From: a virus | Taxonomy: Duplodnaviria; Caudoviricetes | DNA length: 64,000 bases | Reading direction: 5' to 3' (one strand) | Virus record (IMG/VR): IMGVR_UViG_2974704529_000001 | Location: 1 to 64,000 of that record | In this document: positions 39,805-47,955 of the stretch, piece after piece | Layout: the number at the start of each line of letters is the position of its first letter | Numbering within the stretch: the first letter of the stretch is position 1 | Made by a program: the position numbers and the translations under genes | Notes under the pieces: model-generated | What the model saw: only the letters and a program-made list of their open reading frames with translations | Database searches by the model: none | What the model was told of the DNA's origin: nothing

Positions 39805-40230
39805 ATGTCGAAAAAGTCCCTGTTCAAGCAACCGGGTGTCGAACAGTTGCTCCCCGGCGCGGACCTACCGGTCGGCGTTAAGGTCACCGGTCGCAACATG
39901 CACGCCGTGTCGCTGCTGGCGTCGGTGAGCGGCGAGGCGCTGGGTCGTCGGACCATCGTCAAGTCCTACTTTGAGGAGGACGGCTCGCTGTCACACGTCA
40001 GGATTGTTGACGAGGACGGCACCGTCGATATCAAGGCGGGCGACTACATGACCCTCGGTGACGACCGCAAGACCATCGTCGTGGTCACTCCGGAGGTTTA
40101 CGCGCAGCTTAAGTCGGTGCTGCCTCTGGTCGTCGCGCTCGGTGATGCCTTTGCCGGTGCTGGCGCTACTGGCCTGCCGATCTTTGACGGCCTGGCCGGT
40201 GTGTTCGGGACCATGTTCGGGAGCGTCTAA
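39805..40230 (+). CDS. hypothetical protein
   Basis: AAGGA RBS; GDY motif. Confidence 0.65.
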   Translation: MSKKSLFKQPGVEQLLPGADLPVGVKVTGRNMHAVSLLASVSGEALGRRTIVKSYFEEDGSLSHVRIVDEDGTVDIKAGDYMTLGDDRKTIVVVTPEVYAQLKSVLPLVVALGDAFAGAGATGLPIFDGLAGVFGTMFGSV

Positions 40231-40469
40231 TGGCGCTGTTCAAAAAGCCCGTTCCCGTCGTCGCTCCTCCTAAGTCCGTAGCGTCCATTACGGCGGGGCT
40301 GAGCGACACTCTCGCGGAGCTTGAGGCACACGCCGACCACCAGGCAGAGCAGGTGTCGTTTCAGAACATGCTCGCGGAGCAGGCGCGGAATGCCGCTAAG
40401 GCGCATGAGGTAGAGCACGACAAGGCGCTTAAGGTTGCCGGGAATATCAGGGCGCTACTCGACTCGTGA
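40230..40469 (+). CDS. coiled-coil hypothetical protein
   Basis: TAATG coupling to the upstream gene. Confidence 0.65.
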   Translation: MALFKKPVPVVAPPKSVASITAGLSDTLAELEAHADHQAEQVSFQNMLAEQARNAAKAHEVEHDKALKVAGNIRALLDS

Positions 40470-40595
40470 TCAATTTCGTTTTGCGGAACCTGTCCGCGCT
40501 TCATTACTTCCGTAAGGAGCGCGGCAGGTTTCCCACACTCAAAGAATTTCGTGATGAAACACGATGACACTACGACCTTGCCCTAAGGAGAACTA

Positions 40596-42026
40596 ATGAC
40601 GACGTTTTTGCAGAGCCTTACCGGCCAGCTCAACACGACCCGCACGGAGAACGGCGATAAGGCGCATAAGTCGTCGCTTGATCCGGTGGTCGATTACTTC
40701 GGTTTGGCGGGCGCTATGCGTGACCGCGCCGAGGCGAGCGCTGATCTGTTTGAGAAGGCGTTCCGCGTTGACCCGCAGGCTGCCGTGCGGACCCTGTTCT
40801 ATCTGCGCGATGTGCGCGGGGGCCAGGGGGAGCGTGACGTGTTCCGCGCGGGCCTCAAGCGCCTGTTTGCCGTCGACCCGTACACGGCGATGGCTGTTGT
40901 TGAGCACGTCCCGTTCTATGGGCGCTGGGATGACTTGTTCATCTTCGGGTCTCAGGTTCCGGCGGGTATCTCAGCGATCATTCGGAACCAGTGGTCCGAC
41001 GACGTTGACGCTTACGAGCGCGGCGAGAAGGTCTCGCTACTGGCTAAGTGGCTGCCGTCCGACAAGAGCCGGTCGAACTTGGAGCTGGCTATCGCGGTCC
41101 GCGAAATGCTGGGTCTGACTCAGCGGGAGTACCGCCAGACGCTTAGCGCGCTTCGGGGTCGTATCGACCTGCTCGAGCACGCCATGTCGGAGGGCGTGTA
41201 CGCGAACGTCGACTACGGCAAGATTCCGGCGCAGGCGCACCGTAAGCACGTTAAGGCGTTCCGGCGCAACGACGGCGAGCGGTACCAGGCGTTCCTAGAC
41301 GCGGTTGACCGTGGCGAGGCCAAGGTGAACACGTCGACCCTGTATCCGTACGAGCTGTACGACATGGTTAAGGGTGGGGACGCGGCTGCCGCTAACACGC
41401 TGTGGAACAACCTGCCGGACTACACGCGCCCCGGCCAGGACGCGATCGTTCTAGCGGACGTTTCAGGCTCGATGTGGGGTCGGCCTATGTCGGTGTCTGT
41501 GTCGCTGGCTTTGTACTTCGCAGAGCGCAACACAGGGCCGTATAAGGGCTACTTCATGACGTTCGCCTCTACGCCTGAGCTGGTGCAGGTAACCGGTAAG
41601 ACGTTGGAGCAGAAGCTTCACGCTATCGAGCACTCGACTGGCTGGTGTGGGTCGACCGACTTGGAAGCGGCGTTTAAGGCGATCCTGCGCGCCGGTAAGC
41701 AGTCGGGCACCGTCCCGGCGACGCTCTACGTCGTGTCGGACATGCAGTTCAATCAGGCGCTTAACCACGCTGATCTGAGCGTGTTTGAGTCGGCCCGGCT
41801 GGACTTCCAGCGGGCGGGGCTTGAGCTGCCGCATGTCGTGTTCTGGAACGTCAATGCGCGCCACGATCAGCTTCCGGCCACGATCCTTGACGGGAACGTG
41901 ACGCTGGTGTCTGGCCTGGCGGCTACGACGTTCGGCATGGCTGTGGAGGGTAAGACCCCTCGTGAGCTGGTAAATGACGTGATCAACAGCGAGCGGTACT
42001 CGCAGATCAACGTTTACGGTTCCTAA
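40596..42026 (+). CDS. Ro60/TROVE-like RNA-binding protein (DUF2828-type, helical ring plus vWA)
   Basis: TENG, LFYLRDVRGGQGER, YGRWDDL, AKWLPS motifs; vWA MIDAS DVSGSM, SDMQF, VVFWNV. Confidence 0.85.
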   Translation: MTTFLQSLTGQLNTTRTENGDKAHKSSLDPVVDYFGLAGAMRDRAEASADLFEKAFRVDPQAAVRTLFYLRDVRGGQGERDVFRAGLKRLFAVDPYTAMAVVEHVPFYGRWDDLFIFGSQVPAGISAIIRNQWSDDVDAYERGEKVSLLAKWLPSDKSRSNLELAIAVREMLGLTQREYRQTLSALRGRIDLLEHAMSEGVYANVDYGKIPAQAHRKHVKAFRRNDGERYQAFLDAVDRGEAKVNTSTLYPYELYDMVKGGDAAAANTLWNNLPDYTRPGQDAIVLADVSGSMWGRPMSVSVSLALYFAERNTGPYKGYFMTFASTPELVQVTGKTLEQKLHAIEHSTGWCGSTDLEAAFKAILRAGKQSGTVPATLYVVSDMQFNQALNHADLSVFESARLDFQRAGLELPHVVFWNVNARHDQLPATILDGNVTLVSGLAATTFGMAVEGKTPRELVNDVINSERYSQINVYGS

Positions 42027-42064
42027 TGTTTCCGATACCGGGTGCCGCCCGGTATCTTTAATCT

Positions 42065-42120
42065 TGTGGACGCTAACAGCAACTAAAACTGTTTGCGGAT
42101 AACAAAGAAATGCGTCCAGT
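42065..42120 (+). ncRNA. Y-RNA-like unit 1
   Basis: TGTGGACGC-TAACAGCAA ... GCGTCC-AGT; TGGACGC pairs with GCGTCCA. Confidence 0.65.
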
Positions 42121-42127
42121 TAAAACG

Positions 42128-42253
42128 TGTGGACTCCTACAGCAATTACAACGCTTCCACTGTTAATGGCGAGGTCTGGGTTCGAGTCCCAGTAGCGGCC
42201 CCGTGTCGCTGTAGCTTAAGGGCAGAGCGCGTATGCAAAAAACGGAGTCCAGT
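42128..42253 (+). ncRNA. Y-RNA-like unit 2 containing a circularly permuted tRNA-Asn(GUU)-like module
   Basis: TGGACTCC/GGAGTCCA closing stem; inside, in order: anticodon arm, T-arm, loop-closed acceptor stem, D-arm. Confidence 0.75.
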
Positions 42254-42260
42254 AAGCGGT

Positions 42261-42325
42261 TGTGGTCACTAACAGCAATCCTATGAAATCAATTTAACTG
42301 AAACTGATAATCAAATGTGACCAGT
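42261..42325 (+). ncRNA. Y-RNA-like unit 3
   Basis: TGTGGTCAC-TAACAGCAA ... GTGACC-AGT; TGGTCAC pairs with GTGACCA. Confidence 0.65.
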
Positions 42326-42341
42326 CTTGCCGCGCCAGATT

Positions 42342-42382
42342 AGCCCCGTATCCAGTCCTAGCCGACTGGCCGGGGCTTTTTT
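42342..42382 (+). terminator. intrinsic terminator closing the RNA array
   Basis: AGCCCCG..CCAGTC/GACTGG..CGGGGCT followed by TTTTT. Confidence 0.8.
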
Positions 42383-42527
42383 GTGCCCTAAGAAAGGATT
42401 TACATGCCTGGACCAATGTCCGCGCCCAACGGAAACGCGCTGATCACCTACAGCGCCGAGGCGCGCAAGAAAGCCGGTCGGACCGGCAAGACGGAGCTTG
42501 TGAAAGCCCGTAAGGGGGATAAGAAGA

Positions 42528-42863
42528 ATGCGTAAGGCAATCGTCGCAGCCATGCTGGTTGGCGCGCTGTCGCTGGTCGGGTGCGCTACCCAGAATCAGC
42601 ACTGGGAGCGCGGCTGCAAGGTCCAGTCAAAGGACATGCTGTACGGCAGCAACAGTGACGGCGGGACCACGCGCACTAAGCGCATTAGCACCACATGCGG
42701 CGCGTTCGACGTGGAGGACGCTATCGAGGTCGGCCACATGAACAGCTATGACCTGTGGGCCAAGCTCGAAGAGGGCAAGACCTACGACCTCAAGGTGGGC
42801 GGGCTGCGTAACGGCTTCTTTTCGATGTTCCCCACGGTGTTGGAGGTTAAGGATGCCAGTTAG
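42528..42863 (+). CDS. lipoprotein / secreted protein
   Basis: Signal peptide with LVGC lipobox; GLRNGFFSMFP motif. Confidence 0.65.
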   Translation: MRKAIVAAMLVGALSLVGCATQNQHWERGCKVQSKDMLYGSNSDGGTTRTKRISTTCGAFDVEDAIEVGHMNSYDLWAKLEEGKTYDLKVGGLRNGFFSMFPTVLEVKDAS

Positions 42864-43580
42864 CGTTAGCGAGGCCATCCGGCGCTACAAAGAGGCGCAG
42901 GCTGAGAAGCGCGGCGAGACGCTGCCGGAGAAGTTCTACCCGGTGCCCAACCGCAAGGCGATCCGCGCGCACCGCTTCGGTGGTTTCCGTGAGGGCCTTG
43001 GTTCTGGCGATTCGTACGTCCTGATGAGGCCGTACCGGTCGCGTATTCAGCGTGGCAAGTCGCGTCCTCAGCCGCGCGGGCAGATTGTCCGGCGAGGCTT
43101 TAAGGACTACTTGGAGAACGGTCCGGACGCGGACAGGGGTAAGCCGTCCGCTTGGACGCAGAAGCTATGAGCTACCGCGTAGAGGTTCTGCTTAGGGACC
43201 GCGTACTTCCGCCGATGGTTGCCGTTAGGGAGCCGGAGGTTAGCCACAACGGCATTCTTCAAGTGATGCTCAAAGATGGCTATTTGGTATACGCGCCGGG
43301 CTATTGGTTGAGCTACGGAGTTAAGGAACATAAAGATGGCTAAGGTCGGCACTGTTTACCGCAAGGATTACGAGCCTGACTGCGGTTGTAGCGCGGGTCC
43401 ATGTTTCGACATGTACGTCAAGACGCTGGATGGCTGGCTTCTAGTCGACCAGTACGGGCCTCAGGGGATCGTGGCAAATAAGCCGTGGAAGCGCGCTGCT
43501 GGGTTTGTCCGGTTCCCGCCGAAAGTTAGCGAGGACTAATCACTGACTATCAAGTAAAGCGTGACTACTGGGACCGTCCG

Positions 43581-44513
43581 ATGGTTTACCCACCGGACTT
43601 CCAGGGTCAGCTAACGGGGGAATGGCGCGAAGGCAGGGGGCGCGATGGAAAGCAAAAGCGCTGGTGGTACTCCAAAGACGCCAAGGGATATAGCCGGGCG
43701 TCCGGTGCGGGCAAGGGTCTCGACACCAAGGATGGGCTTATCGACTGGGCAGCCTGTCAGGCAGCCGTTGGCATCCTCTTGGACTCCTCCGCACGCTCAG
43801 AGGTCGCAACGCTTATCAACGAATACGACGCCGACCCCTGGTACAAGGGCGACGACGGCGGCACCCGCTCCGGTAAAGAGCGGCTTAAGGCCGCTGTTGA
43901 GCAAGCGCGTAACACTGCCGGTCAGCACACTGCTGCTTCTGCTGGCACTGAGTTCCATAAGCTCGGTGAGCTGCGCAATAAGGGCGAAACGCCGCGCGTA
44001 ATTCAGGAGCACCTTAAGGAACCTCTCGCTAAGTACGACAAAGCGGTCGAACCTATCGAGTTCATTGATCAGGAAATGCTTATCGTTAACGACAAGCTGG
44101 AACTGTGCGGCTCGGTGGACTATCTGATGGCGCTGCCGCCGGGGATTACTACTCCGGATGGCGTTAAGCACGATCAAGAGCTTGTCGTTGTGGGCGATCT
44201 TAAGACGGGGCGCTGGGACGCGAAGCGGCCTATGGGTGTGACCTGTCAGCTTGCGGCTTATGGGACGGGTCTGCGTTATGACCAGGAGACGAATACGCGT
44301 ACTCCGCTGCATAACCAGATCAATAACAAGTGGGGAGTGATGGTTCATTTCCCAATCATGACTAAGAACCCTCAGGTCAAGTTCTATTGGGTTGACCTTG
44401 AGCTGGGTTTGCAGGCGGCGATGCTCGGCAAGCAAGTCGAGGCTATGCGCCGCGTTTTCAATTCTAAGGATTCAGAGCTTAAGGAGTTGAGCCTTGACCG
44501 TTATCAGTGGTAG
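43581..44513 (+). CDS. PD-(D/E)xK exonuclease (RecE/Cas4-like); N-terminus may extend to 43539
   Basis: GTEFH, CGSVD, VGDLKTG, QLAAY motifs; adjacent to an ERF-like gene. Confidence 0.8.
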   Translation: MVYPPDFQGQLTGEWREGRGRDGKQKRWWYSKDAKGYSRASGAGKGLDTKDGLIDWAACQAAVGILLDSSARSEVATLINEYDADPWYKGDDGGTRSGKERLKAAVEQARNTAGQHTAASAGTEFHKLGELRNKGETPRVIQEHLKEPLAKYDKAVEPIEFIDQEMLIVNDKLELCGSVDYLMALPPGITTPDGVKHDQELVVVGDLKTGRWDAKRPMGVTCQLAAYGTGLRYDQETNTRTPLHNQINNKWGVMVHFPIMTKNPQVKFYWVDLELGLQAAMLGKQVEAMRRVFNSKDSELKELSLDRYQW

Positions 44514-44808
44514 CCGGGAAACCAGCTTGGCGGCGTACATGGCGCTGAGTAAGGACGATCTGCGGGAGTCGCAGCGGGCGGTGCTTAAGGCGCTGGGCCG
44601 TCTGCGTAAGGGCGGTACCGATACGGATATCGCGCGGGTTTACAACCGGTCCAAGTGGGGCGCGGTGCTGCCTCAGTCACCTTCGGGTCTGCGGACTCGT
44701 CGGTCGGAGCTGGTGCGCCAGGGGCTTGTGGTGGATACCGGCGTGCGTAAGCGGCTGGCGAGTGGTCGTCAGTCCGTGGTGTGGGCCAAGGCAAAGAACG
44801 GGGCGTAG
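44494..44808 (+). CDS. winged-HTH DNA-binding protein
   Basis: SPSGLRTRRSELVRQGLVVDTG.R....GR...VW motif. Confidence 0.7.
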   Translation: MTVISGSRETSLAAYMALSKDDLRESQRAVLKALGRLRKGGTDTDIARVYNRSKWGAVLPQSPSGLRTRRSELVRQGLVVDTGVRKRLASGRQSVVWAKAKNGA

Positions 44809-45564
44809 TTGACTGCAACCAAAGCTGAGTTGGAGGCCGCGCTAGCGGAGTCTGACGCCAAGATCGAGTCCCTTGAGGAGGAGCTTAAGACCGCTCCGAG
44901 GTTGGACGGGTCAAACATTCCCACCGTCTATGAGGCGTGGAACCGCGTTATGCGCGATGTGCAGTTCATTAGTAAGAACTCGCGCAATGAGCAGCAGAGG
45001 TTCAACTTCCGTGGCATTGACGCGGTGATGAACGCGGTCGGCCCGGTGCTCCGTGAGCATGGCGTGATTGTCGTTCCTAACGGTGTGCGTCACGATTCGG
45101 AGCGTTACACGACCGCTAAGGGTGGTCAGATGTGTAACCGGACCGTCGAAATGGGCTTTGAGGTATTCGGCCCCGCTGGTGACTCGTTTAAGGGTTACGC
45201 GTTCGGTGAGGCTGCGGACGCTGGCGATAAGGCCATCACTAAGGCTGAGTCGGTGGCGTTGAGGACGTTCCTGCTGCAAGCGCTGATGTTGCCGACTGAC
45301 GATCCGGACCCTGATGGCGACTCGCACGAGCGGGCCACTCCGGCGACTGCTGCGCGGGCGCAGCCGCCAGCTCCGGTTGGTAACGCGGATTCTGCTGCTG
45401 CGCGCGGAAAGCTGCGCGAGCTGGCGACTTCTAAGAACTGGGACTTGAACGGCATCGCTAACAAGTTCGCGGAGCACAACAAGGGCCGGGAGCTTAAGGA
45501 CGCCACTGCCGAAGAGGTCACGGCGTTTACGAACCTTCTAGAGACAGGGGCGGTCACCGTCTAA
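44809..45564 (+). CDS. ERF-family ssDNA annealing protein
   Basis: FNFRGIDAV, GEAADAGDKAITKAES..LRTFL motifs. Confidence 0.85.
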   Translation: MTATKAELEAALAESDAKIESLEEELKTAPRLDGSNIPTVYEAWNRVMRDVQFISKNSRNEQQRFNFRGIDAVMNAVGPVLREHGVIVVPNGVRHDSERYTTAKGGQMCNRTVEMGFEVFGPAGDSFKGYAFGEAADAGDKAITKAESVALRTFLLQALMLPTDDPDPDGDSHERATPATAARAQPPAPVGNADSAAARGKLRELATSKNWDLNGIANKFAEHNKGRELKDATAEEVTAFTNLLETGAVTV

Positions 45565-45760
45565 TGTTCAACAACACGATTGCGGGTATCCCTGTGGAGC
45601 TGGTCGACGCTCCACAGGGCATCGTGGTTCCTTGTGAGCTTTGCTTCGTTAAGGAGGCTGAGTTCGCGGTGGGTTCGCACGATCACAAGCTGGTGTGCGA
45701 AGGCTGCCTCGATTATGGGGATTCGCGCCGGTTCTGGAATCTGGAACCGAGGCAAGCTCT

Positions 45761-46042
45761 GTGAGTGAACCGGAACTGTGGGACGCCCGACGCATCCTTG
45801 AAAACTTTAAGGTCGGCCATGCTGACCACGGATGGCATGAGGAATTGCAGGCTATCTGGTATGCGGACCGCGAGCGCACCTGGGAGTTGTTAGACGAGGT
45901 TGGCGACGTGGGCCGGATTGTTGATCCGGTGATCATTGACCGTGCCTCTAACCAGGTGTGGGACGGCCACCACCGTATCGCCGTGGGCTTAGCGCTGCTT
46001 ATGCCAGTTCCGTTGGTCTATAGGGAACAGGGGGACCGTTGA
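45761..46042 (+). CDS. ParB/Srx-like small protein
   Basis: PVII.......WDGHHRI motif. Confidence 0.6.
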   Translation: MSEPELWDARRILENFKVGHADHGWHEELQAIWYADRERTWELLDEVGDVGRIVDPVIIDRASNQVWDGHHRIAVGLALLMPVPLVYREQGDR

Positions 46043-46398
46043 GTGAGTACAACCCGGTATCTGTAGAGCAGGAAATCCTAGCGACCGTTAACGATATCTC
46101 GTCTGGGATTATCACGGCGCGGGATGCTCACGAGAAAAAGCTGGAAACGGAGCGCGCCTACAAGCGTGCCTATGCCCGCGCGTTCATGGCACATAAAGGT
46201 CCGCAGACTGAGAAAAAGGTCGCGGCGAACATCGTCGAAGATGTCATGAGCGCCGAGGATGAGCGGGACGCTTGGGCGGTCGCTTACGAATACGCGAAGG
46301 ACAACAACCGGGCGCTTAGCTCAAAGCTGGACGCTATTCGGTCTGTGGGCGCTTCTGTTCGTCAGGCGTACGCGAACGCGGGCAGGGGCGAGTGGTGA
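46039..46398 (+). CDS. coiled-coil hypothetical protein
   Basis: ORF track; coupled to neighbours. Confidence 0.65.
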   Translation: MSEYNPVSVEQEILATVNDISSGIITARDAHEKKLETERAYKRAYARAFMAHKGPQTEKKVAANIVEDVMSAEDERDAWAVAYEYAKDNNRALSSKLDAIRSVGASVRQAYANAGRGEW

Positions 46399-46444
46399 GG
46401 TTCGTTCACTGGTTCTGGCTCCATATGTGCCCGCCCGCTCCGAT

Positions 46445-46831
46445 GTGAGCGAGAAGAAATGCCGTCAAATCCTCAAGGTCCGCTCTGAGGGCTTCTGTGA
46501 GCGGTGTACCCGGTGGGGCAACCTCACCCTTCACCACCGCAAGAAACGCTCCCAGGGCGGCTTGTGGACGGCTGAAAACTGCGTCCTGGTGTGCGGCCAC
46601 GGTACGACCGGCTGCCACGGATGGATTGAGCACCACCCAGACCAAGCGGAAACGCAGGGCTGGCATGTGCGCCCTTGGCAAAACCCGGCTGAGATTCCGC
46701 TGCTTTGGCGCGGGTCGACCTGGGTTCTCTTAACCAACGATGGAGGGATTCAGCATGTCGAGAAACCTCAAGGTGCTCCTGGCAGCATTCGGGACGGCTT
46801 TAGCTATGACTGCGTGCCAACCGAGTGCTGA
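46445..46831 (+). CDS. HNH endonuclease
   Basis: CERC...HHRKKRSQGG....NCVLVCG.GTTGCH. Confidence 0.8.
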   Translation: MSEKKCRQILKVRSEGFCERCTRWGNLTLHHRKKRSQGGLWTAENCVLVCGHGTTGCHGWIEHHPDQAETQGWHVRPWQNPAEIPLLWRGSTWVLLTNDGGIQHVEKPQGAPGSIRDGFSYDCVPTEC

Positions 46832-46988
46832 GAACGGGGTCAGCACTGACTCTGGTACTAGCTCCGGCGACTCCGGCTCCGGCTTCGTTATCTCCCCTAG
46901 GGGCGGTATCGGGTTCGACATGGGCGGCGGCATGTACCTGGACCCCGGTAGCGGCCAGATCGGCTTCGGCGGCATTCCGCTGGGATGA
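46755..46988 (+). CDS. glycine-rich lipoprotein
   Basis: AMTAC lipobox; GGIGFDMGGG. Confidence 0.55.
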   Translation: MSRNLKVLLAAFGTALAMTACQPSAENGVSTDSGTSSGDSGSGFVISPRGGIGFDMGGGMYLDPGSGQIGFGGIPLG

Positions 46989-47665
46989 GCGACTTCGGGA
47001 AAATCCACCGGAAGTTCTGGGACCACCCAAAGGCTAAGCAGGCGGGTAACGCTGCGCTTGGCCTTTGGGTCAAGGCCAACGCGTGGACTCGGGATAACCG
47101 ATCCGGAGGGTTCGTCCCGCGCGAGGTCGCACTAGAGCTGGGAACACGCGAAGAGGCTAATGCCCTGGTTAAGGCCAGGCTTTGGCGCAGGGTCGATAAG
47201 GACGGCGAGTTCATCGGCGTTCAGTTCAACGACTACGAGCACTGGAACGATGACGTTGAGCCGAACACTGAGGCGGGAAAGCTGGTCCGTAAGACCATTC
47301 CGGAGTCGCAACCTTTCGCTATCCGGCAACAGCTAGTCAAAAAGACGGCTGAGCTGCTGCGCGAGGGTATCGACCTGGAAATCATGGAGCGCGCACTTAA
47401 CCTCTGGCTCGCTAAGGACTTTGGGCCGGGCATTCTGCCTAGCCTGGTCAGTGAGGCGCAGAAAGAGGCGCAGCGCGCGGCCACGCTAAGGAACACGATC
47501 ACTGAGTGTCTTAAGACGGGGCAAGTTTCACCGCTTAAGGCTTACGGATATATCTTCTCGCCTCCCGTTCCGCCGGATGGGCTTGACGTGGACTCGCGTC
47601 GGGTTTGGATGGATCGCGCTAAACGGGACTGGCTGAATGAACTTAGAGGGAGGGTAGCGGCCTAA
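46985..47665 (+). CDS. replication initiator-like protein
   Basis: FWDHPK....GNAALGLW....W motif; upstream of DnaB. Confidence 0.6.
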   Translation: MSDFGKIHRKFWDHPKAKQAGNAALGLWVKANAWTRDNRSGGFVPREVALELGTREEANALVKARLWRRVDKDGEFIGVQFNDYEHWNDDVEPNTEAGKLVRKTIPESQPFAIRQQLVKKTAELLREGIDLEIMERALNLWLAKDFGPGILPSLVSEAQKEAQRAATLRNTITECLKTGQVSPLKAYGYIFSPPVPPDGLDVDSRRVWMDRAKRDWLNELRGRVAA

Positions 47666-47955
47666 TGGGGCTGGCATATCCGCGCCGCGATGATGCGGTG
47701 CGTTACGAGAAGTTCGACGGGACGCTTGAGTCTGTGCAGCGGATTGTCAACATGACTCGGATTCCGGTTGACCTGGTGATTGAGCCACGTGACTCATTTC
47801 TGGCGGGTGATGTCCTGAGGATTAGCCAGTTTAGCTGGGGCAATGGACAGGTTAACTCCGGCGATTACGTCACCTTTAGGGATAAGCAGGTGTTGGTGTA
47901 TCCGGACGACGTGTTCCATGCCAAGTTCTCAACTAAGGACGGATGGGGTAATTGA
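47665..47955 (+). CDS. hypothetical protein
   Basis: GDY...YP..VF motif common in small phage proteins. Confidence 0.6.
   Translation: MGLAYPRRDDAVRYEKFDGTLESVQRIVNMTRIPVDLVIEPRDSFLAGDVLRISQFSWGNGQVNSGDYVTFRDKQVLVYPDDVFHAKFSTKDGWGN

Noticed and set aside
42155-42228. Functional tRNA-Asn gene
   Set aside because: The arm order is permuted, the acceptor end is closed by a loop, and there is no free 3' NCCA. It could not be charged without extra cleavage and ligation.
42065-42325. Three repeats with unique interiors read as a mini-CRISPR array
   Set aside because: The conserved parts are split between the two ends of each unit and covary as stems, interior lengths vary widely, and no cas operon is present.
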